Positions 15,487 through 25,050 of a stretch of 49,201 nt of DNA are shown piece after piece. Below the pieces are notes generated by a model. It was not told the DNA's origin, did not search any database, and saw only the letters and a program-made list of their open reading frames with translations. This DNA comes from Chloroflexota bacterium (lineage in GTDB: Bacteria; Chloroflexota; Dehalococcoidia; Dehalococcoidales; RBG-16-60-22). Within the stretch, counting starts at the first letter, position 1. Each line of letters starts with the position of its first letter. A program made the translations under genes and the position numbers. The stretch spans positions 1 through 49,201 of the forward strand of contig JBDRGD010000104.1 in NCBI GenBank assembly GCA_043818095.1, in the 5' to 3' direction.

Positions 15487-17535
15487 CTATTCCTTCTCCG
15501 CTTTTTCCTCTGCCTGTCTCTCCGCGATTATCTTCTGGGACAGGTGCGCGGGCACCTCTTCATAGTGGCTGAAGGTCGCCGTATAGTTGGCGCGCCCCTG
15601 CGTCATGGACCTCAGGTCGATGGCGTAACGCTGGACTTCCGCCAGCGGGGCCTGCGCCTCGATTTCATTCCAGTCACCGGCGGGGTTCATCCCCAGCACC
15701 CGGGCACGCTTGGTGTTAAGGTCGCCGATGATGTCCCCGGTGAGGTCGTTCGGAACCATTATCTTCATGATGACCACCGGTTCCAGCAGTATCGGCTGCC
15801 CCTGGGAGAGCCCCCTCTTCAGCGCCTGCGACCCGGCGATTTTGAAGCAGATTTCCGAGGAGTCTACCGGGTGGAAACTGCCGTCATAGAGCACCGCTTT
15901 GACATCCGTCACGGGATAGTGCGCCAGCACCCCCGCATGGAAGCCCTCGTTGACCCCCTTTTCCACCGCCGGGATGTAGTTCTTGGGAACGGAGCCGCCT
16001 ACGACCCTCTCCCCGAACTCATTGCCCGTGCCCCGCGGTAAAGGCTCCACTTCCAGGAGCACGTGGCCGTACTGACCGTGTCCGCCCGTCTGCTTCCTGT
16101 GCTTGTATTCGGACTTCGTTGGCGTCATGATGGTTTCCTTGTAGGGGACCTTGGGCGTCGCCAAATCCACGTTGACGCTGAACTTGCGCGCCATCTTCTC
16201 CGCCGTTACCTCCAGGTGGGTCTCCCCGATACCCAGCAGCAGCACCTCGGCGGTATCCATTTCCCGCCGCACCCGGATGGCCATATCTTCCTCCGCCATG
16301 CGCGCCAGCGCGGGACCCATCTTGTCTACGTCTACCTTGGTGCGGGGATAGACCGACAGCGAGTAAATCGGCTCCGGGAAGTCCACGGGCTCCAGCTTTA
16401 CCGGCTTGTCCTGGCGGCAAAGGGTATCGCCCGTGCTGGTGACGTTCAGTTTCGCCACGGCGCCGATGTCCCCCGCCACCACCCTGGCCACGGCTTCCTG
16501 GTTCTTGCCCCGCAGCATGTAAAGCTGCCCGATGCGTTCGGCGGCATTCCGGTTGGCGTTCCACGCCTGGGCGTTGCTCTCAATCGTGCCGCTGTAAACG
16601 CGGAAGTAGGTCAGTCTGCCCACGTAGGGGTCGGCACTGGTCTTGAACACCAGCGCCGCCAGCGGGCCCGCCGGGTCTGGTTTCAGGTCACTTCCCGCGG
16701 CGCTCACCGCCGGCGAGGGCAGATAGGCGACCATCGCGTCCAGTAAAAGGCCCATGCCGACGTTCTGCAACGCCGAGCCGACCATTATCGGGACAAGGCT
16801 GCCGCCGGTGATAGCCTTGCCGATGTTCGCCCCCAGTTCTGCCGCGGTCAGCTCTTCCCCGCCGAGGTATTTCTCGATAAGTTTATCGTCGGTCTCGGCA
16901 ATCGCCTCCACCAGTTTCTCGCGGAAAGCCGCGGCCGCGGCCTGGGCCTCCGCGGGGGCCTCCCCTTCCTTCCCTTCCGTGCCGAGATACGCTTTCTGCG
17001 ACAGGACATCCATGACGCCCTTGAAAGTGGTATGAGCTCCGATGGGCACCTGCATGGGCAGACACTTGCTACCGAACCTGTCCTGGATGTTGGCGACCAC
17101 CTTGGCGAAGTCCGCGTTTTCCCGGTCCATCTTGTTCACGAAGATGAAGCGGGGCAGCTTCCGTTCCTCGCAGTAGCCCCAGACCTGGTCCGTGCCTACC
17201 TCCACCCCGGAGTAAGCGTCCACCACGATCAGCGCGGTATCGCTGATACGCAGAGCGGCTCTCACCTCGCCGACAAAGTCCGCGTAGCCGGGGGTGTCCA
17301 GCAGGTTTATCTTGGTATCCTGCCACTCGCAGGGCAGGATGGAAAGGTTGATACTTATCTGGCGCTTGTTCTCTTCCGGGTCATAATCGGAGACCGCAGA
17401 GCCCTCGGACACCTTGCCCAGGCGCGTCGTCGCCTTGGCGGTAAAGAGGATTGCCTCCGCCAGCGAAGTCTTCCCCGCTCCCGAGTGGGACAATAAGACC
17501 GTATTCCTGATAGCCTCCGTGCCGTATTCCTTCAT
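15487..17535 (-). CDS. Elongation factor G paralogue (EF-G2-like translational GTPase)
   Basis: 682 aa. G1 SHSGAGKTS, G3 DTPGYADF, G4 NKMD, and EF-G domains II-V (GGHGQYGHV segment). It lies outside the str operon context. Confidence 0.9.
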   Translation of the reverse strand: MKEYGTEAIRNTVLLSHSGAGKTSLAEAILFTAKATTRLGKVSEGSAVSDYDPEENKRQISINLSILPCEWQDTKINLLDTPGYADFVGEVRAALRISDTALIVVDAYSGVEVGTDQVWGYCEERKLPRFIFVNKMDRENADFAKVVANIQDRFGSKCLPMQVPIGAHTTFKGVMDVLSQKAYLGTEGKEGEAPAEAQAAAAAFREKLVEAIAETDDKLIEKYLGGEELTAAELGANIGKAITGGSLVPIMVGSALQNVGMGLLLDAMVAYLPSPAVSAAGSDLKPDPAGPLAALVFKTSADPYVGRLTYFRVYSGTIESNAQAWNANRNAAERIGQLYMLRGKNQEAVARVVAGDIGAVAKLNVTSTGDTLCRQDKPVKLEPVDFPEPIYSLSVYPRTKVDVDKMGPALARMAEEDMAIRVRREMDTAEVLLLGIGETHLEVTAEKMARKFSVNVDLATPKVPYKETIMTPTKSEYKHRKQTGGHGQYGHVLLEVEPLPRGTGNEFGERVVGGSVPKNYIPAVEKGVNEGFHAGVLAHYPVTDVKAVLYDGSFHPVDSSEICFKIAGSQALKRGLSQGQPILLEPVVIMKIMVPNDLTGDIIGDLNTKRARVLGMNPAGDWNEIEAQAPLAEVQRYAIDLRSMTQGRANYTATFSHYEEVPAHLSQKIIAERQAEEKAEKE

Positions 17536-17569
17536 CTAAGCACCTGCCCTTTCTCTTGGTCAACGCCTT

Positions 17570-17599
17570 ATTATACTTACCTTTAAGGGGGAACGGCAA
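17570..17599 (-). promoter_or_regulatory. Candidate promoter of the EF-G paralogue
   Basis: On the minus strand, TTGCCG (17599-17594), 18 nt spacer, TATAAT (17575-17570), about 35 nt upstream of the ATG at 17535. Confidence 0.35.
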
Positions 17600-17757
17600 G
17601 CGCATCAGCCCGGAAGGAAATAAATGAGGAGACCCCCTCTTCTAAATTTAAGTAAATATCCCGAAAGCCGGGGAAATCAAGCCTGCAATAACGGCGGGAA
17701 AGCAGGAAAAACCCTTAACTCACAATATCGATAGACGGCTTGGCGATGAATCACCTA

Positions 17758-17787
17758 TTGACGGTTAATCTCCGGCAGGAATATAAT
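17758..17787 (+). promoter_or_regulatory. Candidate promoter of the TRAP transporter operon
   Basis: TTGACG (17758-17763), 18 nt spacer, TATAAT (17782-17787). This implies a 5' leader of about 135 nt. Confidence 0.4.
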
Positions 17788-17928
17788 TATTGTTATACCA
17801 CAAAGTAACTCATTGAACCTGAAACGTGCGAAGAGGAGTTAAAAGGGGGTGAGGTCAGCACAAGTCATAAATATTATAAAAGCAAAAGTGACTTTTCATC
17901 GTCGGAATGAATCCAGGAGGATATGGTA

Positions 17929-19017
17929 ATGGGAAGAAAAAATCTGGCGGTCCTGTTAATAAGCGTCTTATTAATCTCCTTATTCATGTTTTCGTCTTTC
18001 ATGGTATCCTGTTCTCAACCGGCGCCAGCGCCATCACCGGCGCCGTCATCGGCCCCGGCGTCCTCAAAAGTATTTGAGCTGACCTTTAACGCGGTATGGC
18101 CGGAAGCCTGGCCGGGCACCCCGGCCATGAAGCGTTTTATCAGTGAAGCCGATGCCCGCAGCGGTGGCCGGATTAAGATGACTTTCTACCCGGCCGGAGG
18201 TCTCGGCACGAATGGCGAGAGTATTGAGAACCTGGGCAAGGGCGTCATCGATATTACCGGCGACTCACCGCTTTTCGTCGCCGGCGCCTTCCCGATAAGC
18301 ACCCTCGCGACCCTGCCCTTCCTTTTCTCGCCCCAGGCAAGCCAGCCGGCAATCTTCTGGGACCTCTACTACCGCGGATACCTCAAGGCGGAATATGACC
18401 GCCGCAACATGGTGCCGCTGGCAATGGTAGGCACCGAGGTGTTCCGTCTTTTCCTGAAGGGAGACAAGATTACCAAACTGGACGACTTCAAGGGCAGGCT
18501 CATCAGGGACCCCGGCGGATACTGGTCCCAGTTCCTGAAAGCACTGGGGGCAAGCCCCACGGTAGTCATCCCCCCGGAAGTCTACAATGCGCTTGAGCGC
18601 GGCATGGTAAGCGGCGGCGTCATGGGCAGCGGCCTTTCCAAGGCTTTCAAGATGGACGAGCAGTGGACTTCAGTCCTGATGGAAGGGTTTGGCCAGACGG
18701 CCAACGGCATCTACATGAACCGCGACAAGTGGTACGCCCTGCCGGACGACCTGAAGGCGATTATGCTGGAGCTCCGCCCCGAGTTTGAAGGGTGGCTGCT
18801 GGACGGCATGGATCAGGGTGACCGGAGTTACACCGCCGAGATGGCGGCCAAGGGGATTGAGCTTTACCGGCTCGACCCCGCCGAGCTGAAGAAATGGCAG
18901 GACGCCGCCAAGCCGATACTGGCTGGCTGGATTACCGACATGAACAGCCAGAGCATCCCCGGGCAGGAAATCATGGATATCGTGCTCAAGGACCTGCAGA
19001 AATATAACTGGCGGTAA
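17929..19017 (+). CDS. dctP: TRAP transporter substrate-binding lipoprotein (DctP family)
   Basis: Signal peptide with lipobox MVSCS, a Pro/Ala/Ser linker, then a DctP-like fold. It is followed by DctQ and DctM genes. GGAGG is 8 nt before the ATG at 17929; an alternative in-frame ATG lies at 17923. Confidence 0.8.
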   Translation: MGRKNLAVLLISVLLISLFMFSSFMVSCSQPAPAPSPAPSSAPASSKVFELTFNAVWPEAWPGTPAMKRFISEADARSGGRIKMTFYPAGGLGTNGESIENLGKGVIDITGDSPLFVAGAFPISTLATLPFLFSPQASQPAIFWDLYYRGYLKAEYDRRNMVPLAMVGTEVFRLFLKGDKITKLDDFKGRLIRDPGGYWSQFLKALGASPTVVIPPEVYNALERGMVSGGVMGSGLSKAFKMDEQWTSVLMEGFGQTANGIYMNRDKWYALPDDLKAIMLELRPEFEGWLLDGMDQGDRSYTAEMAAKGIELYRLDPAELKKWQDAAKPILAGWITDMNSQSIPGQEIMDIVLKDLQKYNWR

Positions 19018-19043
19018 CCGGTAGCAACATCTGGTTATACAGA

Positions 19044-19556
19044 GTGAGTAAAAGCAACCGCGGAATCATACACAGCCTGAAAAAAAGCGGGAACACGGCA
19101 AGCCAGGGGTCGCTCTGGCTTGCCGTGATTGCATTGACGGTCCTGGTGCTGCTGATTGTCGTCCACGTGGCGGGACGCTACTTTTTCAAAGCGCCGGTGC
19201 AGGGCGCGGTGGAGATTGCCCAGTCCGCCATGGTGCTCATCGTTTTCGCATCCATGGCCTATGTTACCCTGAAACGGGGCAACGTCAAGGTTACGCTTGT
19301 TACCACCCATTTTCCGGAAGGTGTCCAGACCTATTTGGAGGCGGCAATGAGCCTCATCGGCGCCGCTATCTTCGCCATCATCAGCTGGCAACTGGCTCTG
19401 ACGATAATAGAAGCGTGGCAGCAAAACATGTACACAGACTCCCTGAGGTTACCGGTCTTCCCGCTGAAAGTGGTGGCGACGATCGCCACCCTGGTAATGT
19501 GCGCCGAGCTCCTGATAAGGTCTGTCAGGCTGCTGCTGAAAAGGGGGGGGCGATAA
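19044..19556 (+). CDS. dctQ: TRAP transporter small permease (DctQ family)
   Basis: 170 aa with four hydrophobic helices, a GTG start, and position between the binding protein and the large permease. Confidence 0.8.
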   Translation: MSKSNRGIIHSLKKSGNTASQGSLWLAVIALTVLVLLIVVHVAGRYFFKAPVQGAVEIAQSAMVLIVFASMAYVTLKRGNVKVTLVTTHFPEGVQTYLEAAMSLIGAAIFAIISWQLALTIIEAWQQNMYTDSLRLPVFPLKVVATIATLVMCAELLIRSVRLLLKRGGR

Positions 19557-20861
19557 ATGTCGCCGCCCCTGGTTGGTGCCATCGGGTTCGTGGTGATGCT
19601 CCTGCTCATCCTGCTCGGCTTGCCCATCGGCTTTTCCATGATGCTCATCGCCGTCGTCGGGACGGCTTACTTCACCAATCTACACGCCAGCTTCTCTCTC
19701 GTGGGCATCATCCCTTACACCACCTCCTTCAGCTATCTCTTCGCGGTGGTGCCCCTTTTTACCTTTATGGGGATGATCAGCTATGAAATCGGAATAACTA
19801 CCGGGGCCTACCGGGCGCTGTACAAATGGCTGGGGGCGCTGCCGGGAGGACTGGCGATGGCGACCATCGGGGCCTGCGCCGCTTTTGCGGCGACCTGCGG
19901 TTCCAGCCTGGCGGGCGCTGCCAGCATGAGCAAAGTGGCGGCACCGGAAATGTTCCAGTATAAATATGACCCCAAGCTGGTGACCGGCTCTATCGCCGCG
20001 GGCGGCACCCTGGGCATCCTGATTCCCCCGAGCATCGGCTTTATCGTTTACGGGATGATTACGGAAACGTCCATCGGGCAGCTTTTCATCGCCGGCTTTT
20101 TCCCCGGCCTGCTCCTCTCCGGTCTGTTCATGCTCGGTATCTACGTCATGGTGAAGCGCAACCCGAAGATGGGACCTCCCGGACCCGGAACGAACTGGCG
20201 GGAAAGGCTCATTGCCATCAAGGACTTCTGGCAGATAGCTTTCCTGTTCCTGCTGGTCATCGGGGGAATTTATGCCGGCGTTTTTACGCCTACGGAAGCC
20301 GCGGCGGTGGGTGCCTTCGTTGCCGTGGTCCTCGGCCTGGTGCAGAAGAAGCTTACCGGGGAAAAACTGATGCGCTCTTTCCGGGAGACCGTGCATACCA
20401 CGGGCATGCTTTTTGTAGTGGTGATTGCCGCCATGCTCTTTAACTACTTCATCGGATTGAGCCGGATTCCCCTCGTCCTCGCCGATATCATCGGCGCCCT
20501 GGGTCTGTCCCGGTATCTAATCCTGACTTTTATCCTCGTTGCCCTTATCTTCCTGGGCTGCATCATGGATGCCATGGCGATGATTCTGCTGACCATGCCC
20601 ATCCTGTTCCCGGTGGTCATCGGGCTCGGGTTCGACCCCGTCTGGTTCGGTGTCATCACCGTCATCATGATGGAGGCGGGGCTGATTACGCCGCCGATTG
20701 GCCTGAACGTATACATCGTCTCGGGGGCTATCCCGGAAGTGCCCCTTGAGGACGTCTTCCGGGGGATACCGATTTTCCTGCTACTGATGATTGTCTGCGT
20801 CATCATCCTGACGTTTTTCCCGCAGATTGCCCTCTTTCTCCCTAATCTGACCATGTCCTGA
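19557..20861 (+). CDS. dctM: TRAP transporter large permease (DctM family)
   Basis: 434-aa polytopic protein. Its ATG directly abuts the dctQ stop. DctM-like sequence throughout. Confidence 0.92.
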   Translation: MSPPLVGAIGFVVMLLLILLGLPIGFSMMLIAVVGTAYFTNLHASFSLVGIIPYTTSFSYLFAVVPLFTFMGMISYEIGITTGAYRALYKWLGALPGGLAMATIGACAAFAATCGSSLAGAASMSKVAAPEMFQYKYDPKLVTGSIAAGGTLGILIPPSIGFIVYGMITETSIGQLFIAGFFPGLLLSGLFMLGIYVMVKRNPKMGPPGPGTNWRERLIAIKDFWQIAFLFLLVIGGIYAGVFTPTEAAAVGAFVAVVLGLVQKKLTGEKLMRSFRETVHTTGMLFVVVIAAMLFNYFIGLSRIPLVLADIIGALGLSRYLILTFILVALIFLGCIMDAMAMILLTMPILFPVVIGLGFDPVWFGVITVIMMEAGLITPPIGLNVYIVSGAIPEVPLEDVFRGIPIFLLLMIVCVIILTFFPQIALFLPNLTMS

Positions 20862-20895
20862 TACCGCCGGTATCACCCCTTCTTTTGTTTTCCCT
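20860..20895 (+). terminator. Possible terminator after dctM
   Basis: Palindrome GATACCG-C-CGGTATC overlapping the stop codon, followed by a T-rich tract CTTCTTTTGTTTTCC. The stem is short, so support is weak. Confidence 0.3.
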
Positions 20896-20949
20896 CAGGC
20901 TGATGTGCTATTCTACTAATAATCCCGAGTTCCGACTGGAGGTAACGCA

Positions 20950-21759
20950 ATGAGCGTGTTAACCGTAGAGGGCCAGCAGTATGCAGGTATGAAACCCGCG
21001 GAATTCCGTGAAATAGCGCGGCGCGGAGAGTACACGGGAAATACCAGGGACGTCTGCCGGGGCTACGCCCGCTTCGCCGTGGCCATCATGCCCAGGGAGT
21101 ACGCCCTCGACTTTTTCATGCTCAGCCAGCGCCAGCCTGCTACTTTTCCGATTATCGATGTCACCGACCCCGGTTCACCGCATCCGGGACAAACGGCACC
21201 GCGGGGGGACCTGCGTACCGACCTCACCAGCTACCACGTTTTCGTTAACGGGAAACTGGAGGCGGAGGTTAACGACATCACCTCCTACTGGCGTGACGAC
21301 CTTGTCGGCTTCCTGACCGGCTGCAGCGTGGGCTTCGATTCCGCGTTAGAGGCCGCCGGTATCCAGTTCCGGCTCCTGGGGGTCTACAACACGGACCGGC
21401 AAATGTCCGGCGGGCGGCTGCACGGCACCATGCGCACTACGGGGCGGCTGGTGAAAGGGGGCCGGGACGTTGTCCGGACGATTCACATCGCTTCCCGGTA
21501 TCCTGCTTATCACGGGGCACCGATACACGTGGGCGACCCGGCGCTCATCGACATTAAAGACCTCTACCACCCGGATGTGTTCGCCATGAGGGAAGCTATC
21601 CCGCCCCGGGAACCGGACGAGGTCCCCATGTTCTGGGGCTGCGGCATGAGCCTGAAATCGGTAGCGATGGAGAGCAAAATACCGCTGCTGATTACGGACG
21701 GCGTCGCCGCGATGTTCGTCACGGACCTGAAGGAAAGCGACCTGGCGATTATCCCCTGA
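20950..21759 (+). CDS. DUF1445/UPF0317 family putative hydro-lyase (D-glutamate cyclase-like)
   Basis: RGYARFAVAIMPREYALDFFMLSQRQPATFPIIDVTDPGSPHP matches the conserved N-terminal block of the DUF1445 putative hydro-lyases. 269 aa. Confidence 0.8.
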   Translation: MSVLTVEGQQYAGMKPAEFREIARRGEYTGNTRDVCRGYARFAVAIMPREYALDFFMLSQRQPATFPIIDVTDPGSPHPGQTAPRGDLRTDLTSYHVFVNGKLEAEVNDITSYWRDDLVGFLTGCSVGFDSALEAAGIQFRLLGVYNTDRQMSGGRLHGTMRTTGRLVKGGRDVVRTIHIASRYPAYHGAPIHVGDPALIDIKDLYHPDVFAMREAIPPREPDEVPMFWGCGMSLKSVAMESKIPLLITDGVAAMFVTDLKESDLAIIP

Positions 21760-21770
21760 CGACGACCTGT

Positions 21771-22319
21771 TTACCTGACGAGCAGCGGGGTAATAAACGT
21801 CTCGATAATGGCGGCGGGGAGCAGCAGCAGCGCGGCGATACCCAGGTATTTCAGGTTCTGCTTGAATTTGGGCAGCAACTCCAGCCGCGCGTCCGGTAAT
21901 ACCACGGCGCGCATCATCGCGACGCCGAAGTTGAGCGCCGCCGCCCCGCCCAGAATCAGCGCCGGCAGCTCGAAAACGCCGTGCGGCAGGATACCGGCCA
22001 GGACAAAACCCAGGGACCTCTGCGAGACGACCATCGCCGCGATGAAGGCAATCAGCCAGCCGTTGAGCAGCATGGATATTATAGGCATGAGGCACAGCAG
22101 CGGGCTGAAAGCGAAGCTGACCAGCAGCGCCGTGACGTTTTTCAGGTAGATAAAGACCGCCGTGCCGAAGGTAAACGGGGTGAGAATTCCCGCCAGCTCG
22201 CGGAGACGGGCGATATCCCCCCCCAACAGTTCGGCGAGCGGCTGCGTGACCGTCAAGCCCAGGGCAAAACCGCTGAAGAAGAGCCCCGCCGCGATAACCA
22301 CCCACCACCGGAACCTCAT
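21771..22319 (-). CDS. Stage II sporulation protein M-like (DUF95) membrane protein
   Basis: 182 aa with several TM helices and the LPHGVFELPALILGGAAAL motif typical of the SpoIIM/DUF95 family. TAATG overlap with the upstream gene. Confidence 0.7.
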   Translation of the reverse strand: MRFRWWVVIAAGLFFSGFALGLTVTQPLAELLGGDIARLRELAGILTPFTFGTAVFIYLKNVTALLVSFAFSPLLCLMPIISMLLNGWLIAFIAAMVVSQRSLGFVLAGILPHGVFELPALILGGAAALNFGVAMMRAVVLPDARLELLPKFKQNLKYLGIAALLLLPAAIIETFITPLLVR

Positions 22320-22894
22320 TACTTCACCTGCCCGTATCTTTCGTAGAAAATGATCTCGGCAAGCTCTTTCCTCCCAGGGTTTTTCCCCTCCTGTTCCGGG
22401 TAACCCAGCGGCGTGAGAGAGACCACGGCATGGCTCTCCGGAACGCCCAGCAGCGCCGCCACTCTGGCGGCGTCGAACTGGCCGACCTGCACCGTGCCGA
22501 GCCCCAGGGCATGGGCGGCCAGCGCCAGGTTCTGCATCGCCAGGGCGACATCGAACATATACCAGTCACCCTTGTCCGTCGCCGGAATGCCCGCGTCGTA
22601 GCCCGACTTCCCCAGCACCGCACAGCCCACAATCACCACGGGGGCGTTGATAATCGCTTTTGTCGAGGGGTTGTCCCTCAGCCCGTCCGGCACGGAAATC
22701 TTGATGAGGCACTCCGCCAGCGCGGCCTTTACGCCCGCGTCCCGGACAACGATAAAGCGCGCGCACTGGGTATTTTTCCAGGAAGGCGCCCACCGCGCCG
22801 CTTCCAGGACCGCCTGCACCGCGTCATCCGCCACCGGGTCGGCAGTATACCTGCGGATACTCCGCCGGGTCCTGATAGCTTCCATCACGTCCAT
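22319..22894 (-). CDS. Nitroreductase family protein
   Basis: The N-terminus AIRTRRSIRRYTADPV and the motif AARWAPSWKNTQ are typical of the NADH/FMN nitroreductase fold. Confidence 0.85.
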   Translation of the reverse strand: MDVMEAIRTRRSIRRYTADPVADDAVQAVLEAARWAPSWKNTQCARFIVVRDAGVKAALAECLIKISVPDGLRDNPSTKAIINAPVVIVGCAVLGKSGYDAGIPATDKGDWYMFDVALAMQNLALAAHALGLGTVQVGQFDAARVAALLGVPESHAVVSLTPLGYPEQEGKNPGRKELAEIIFYERYGQVK

Positions 22895-22904
22895 CGTGCG
22901 CCTC

Positions 22905-23549
22905 CTATGAGCTTTCTTCTTCCCAGGCTTCCTCCCCTATCAGGGAGACGAAACGGCAGCCGCCCAGGTTCTGCACCCGGTTATTCTTCTCGCCGCGGGT
23001 AATCCTGGTGAGTTCCTGGAGGTAACGGGAGCCGACCGGAATCATCATCCGCCCGCCCACGGCCAGCTGTCTCATCAGCGCCGCCGGTACTCGGGGCGCC
23101 GCCGCCGTGACGATGATGGCCTCGTAGGGCGCTTCCGGGGGCCAGCCCAGCTCTTTCCCGGCGGGATGGAACTCGATGTTGCGGTAGCCCAGGCCGTCCA
23201 GGGTCATCCGCGCCTGCGCCATCAGCGGCGCCAGGCGCTCCACGGTGATGACCCGCGCCGCCAGCCCGGCGAGGAGCGCCGTCTGGTAGCCGCTGCCGGT
23301 GCCGACCTCCAAAACCTTTTCCCCGCCCGCAAGCTCCAGGGCCTCCGTCATCAGGGCAATAATATAGGGCTGGGAAATGGTCTGTTCCAGACCGATGGGG
23401 AGCGGCCGGTCTTCGTAAGCCTGGTGCCTGACCTCCGCGGGGACGAACTGCTCCCGCGGCACCCGTGACATCGCGGCGAGTACCCGCTTGTCCCTGATTT
23501 CCGTGCCGAGGTGAGCCACCAGTCCGGCTCGCTGTGCTGCAAAGTCCAT
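22905..23549 (-). CDS. pcm: Protein-L-isoaspartate O-methyltransferase
   Basis: RVPREQFVP, QTISQPYIIALM and the SAM motif VLEVGTGSGYQTALLA. Confidence 0.92.
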   Translation of the reverse strand: MDFAAQRAGLVAHLGTEIRDKRVLAAMSRVPREQFVPAEVRHQAYEDRPLPIGLEQTISQPYIIALMTEALELAGGEKVLEVGTGSGYQTALLAGLAARVITVERLAPLMAQARMTLDGLGYRNIEFHPAGKELGWPPEAPYEAIIVTAAAPRVPAALMRQLAVGGRMMIPVGSRYLQELTRITRGEKNNRVQNLGGCRFVSLIGEEAWEEESS

Positions 23550-23570
23550 CTTGACGCGGGGACCGCCCGA

Positions 23571-23861
23571 CTATTTTACGAAAATCGCCAGAATCACGAG
23601 GATGACGATGATGATACCGGCGAAGATACCAATCTTTTTCAGCTCGTCCAGGACGTAACCGTAGCGCGCCGGCGCCGGCCTGGCGGAAACGCCCGGCGGC
23701 TTTGCGGCGGCGGGAATGTTCGCCGGACGCGGGGTGGCTTTTATCTCCACGGGTGCAGCGGGGGTCGCTACCGGCGATGGTCCCGTCACGGAACGCTGCA
23801 TCGCCCGGCTCTTCTTACTGGTAAGCCGCTTTGCTTTCGCGTGTTTTCCTTTTCCTGCCAT
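23571..23861 (-). CDS. Hypothetical tail-anchored membrane protein (basic, Pro/Ala-rich N-terminus)
   Basis: 96-aa ORF with a C-terminal TM IGIFAGIIIVILVILAIFV. AAGGA RBS. It lies 17 nt downstream of xerD. No family recognised. Confidence 0.45.
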   Translation of the reverse strand: MAGKGKHAKAKRLTSKKSRAMQRSVTGPSPVATPAAPVEIKATPRPANIPAAAKPPGVSARPAPARYGYVLDELKKIGIFAGIIIVILVILAIFVK

Positions 23862-23878
23862 ATGCTCTTATTCCTTAA

Positions 23879-24838
23879 TTATTCCTTATCCGCCGGCGGT
23901 ACGGAGGCCTTTTTCCTTTCCGTCTCCGTCTTTCCGGCGCGGGGATGCGCCCTTTCGTAAGCGCGCCGGACGTGCTCCGTGGTCAGGTGGGTGTATATCT
24001 GGGTGGTCGCGATGTTGGCATGTCCCAGCAGCTCCTGCACGGCGCGGAGGTCCGCCCCGCCGCTCAGCATATGCGTGGCGAAGCTGTGCCGCAGCGTGTG
24101 GGGGCTGATTTCCGTCCCCAGGTTCGCTGTCCTGGCGTACTCCTTCAGCTTCTGCCAGAAGCCCTGGCGCGTCAGCCTGTCCCCGCGGGGGTTAAGGAAA
24201 AGGGCGGTCTCTCCTCTGGAACGCTGCAGGCGGGGGCGCACCGTTTCCTGATAGTCCTTCACCAGCTCCGCCGCCTGCGGGTAAATCGGGATGATGCGCT
24301 CCTTGTGACCCTTGCCAAAACAGCGGACGAATCCGCCGGGGATATCCACGTCGCCCACGTTCAGGGCCACCAGCTCGCTGATACGCATCCCGCTGGCGTA
24401 AAGCAGCTCCAGCATGACGCGGTCGCGCTTGGCCTCCGGCGTGTCATGCTTCGCCGGCTGCTCCAGGAGCTGGCGCACCTGGCTGATGGAAATCGGCTTG
24501 GGCAGTGCCTTGCCCACGCCGGGTGAGGCCATGTTCTCCGTCGGGGATACCTTGATTATCCCATCGCTGACGAGAAACTTGAAGAAAGACTTGGCCGCGG
24601 CGACCTTGCGGGCCACCGTGGCCGCGGAATAGCCCCGCTCCTTGAGGTCCAGCAGGTAAGCAAGCATCGACTGGCGGCTGAAGTCCGCCCAGGAAAAGGC
24701 CGCTCCCTGCTTTGCCGCTGCCTCCCCCGCGAAGTCCGCGAGCTGCGAAAGGTCATTCCCGTAGGCGTCGGTGGTGTTCTTCGAGAAACCCTTCTCCACC
24801 GCCAGGTACTTCAGAAAACCGGCAACCTCTTTCTGCAC
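23879..24838 (-). CDS. xerD: Site-specific tyrosine recombinase XerC/XerD family
   Basis: N-terminal core-binding domain FLKYLAVEKGFSKNTTDAYGNDL. Catalytic residues R (ASGMRISE), HTLRHSFATHML and LGHANIATTQIYTH. It has a short Lys/Glu-rich C-terminal tail. Confidence 0.88.
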   Translation of the reverse strand: MQKEVAGFLKYLAVEKGFSKNTTDAYGNDLSQLADFAGEAAAKQGAAFSWADFSRQSMLAYLLDLKERGYSAATVARKVAAAKSFFKFLVSDGIIKVSPTENMASPGVGKALPKPISISQVRQLLEQPAKHDTPEAKRDRVMLELLYASGMRISELVALNVGDVDIPGGFVRCFGKGHKERIIPIYPQAAELVKDYQETVRPRLQRSRGETALFLNPRGDRLTRQGFWQKLKEYARTANLGTEISPHTLRHSFATHMLSGGADLRAVQELLGHANIATTQIYTHLTTEHVRRAYERAHPRAGKTETERKKASVPPADKE

Positions 24839-25050
24839 TGACAGCCCTCACAAAACCCGTTTCGCGTAAGTATTTTAACATAACTAGAGAAAATGCAAAA
24901 GTACCGTCCGGGAATTTCTTTGCCCGGGAATCCCTCTCCGATTAAGTTTCAGCTTCCGCTGTTTTCAAATCGGGGTTACCCTTTAATTAAATTGGGCGTA
25001 GACGTGATTGCTGGCGCAGGCCGGGTTGATTAGTCTGATAACAAGGGGGT

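Noticed and set aside
17845-17861. A 16/17-nt match, GGGGGTGAGGTCAGCAC (17845-17861) versus GGGGGTGAGGTGAGCAC (48456-48472), as evidence that the 48.4-kb hairpin family has a copy in the TRAP leader.
   Set aside because: By rough reasoning, a single near-identical 17-mer pair is about what is expected by chance among all 17-mer pairs in a 49-kb G-rich window. The flanking sequence does not align and there is no partner arm at 17.8 kb.
23879-24838. The tyrosine recombinase as a marker of an integrated mobile element next to the pilus locus.
   Set aside because: The sequence is XerC/XerD-like. There are no phage, transposase or conjugation genes, no flanking direct repeats that I could see, no tRNA-adjacent junction, and no compositional break.
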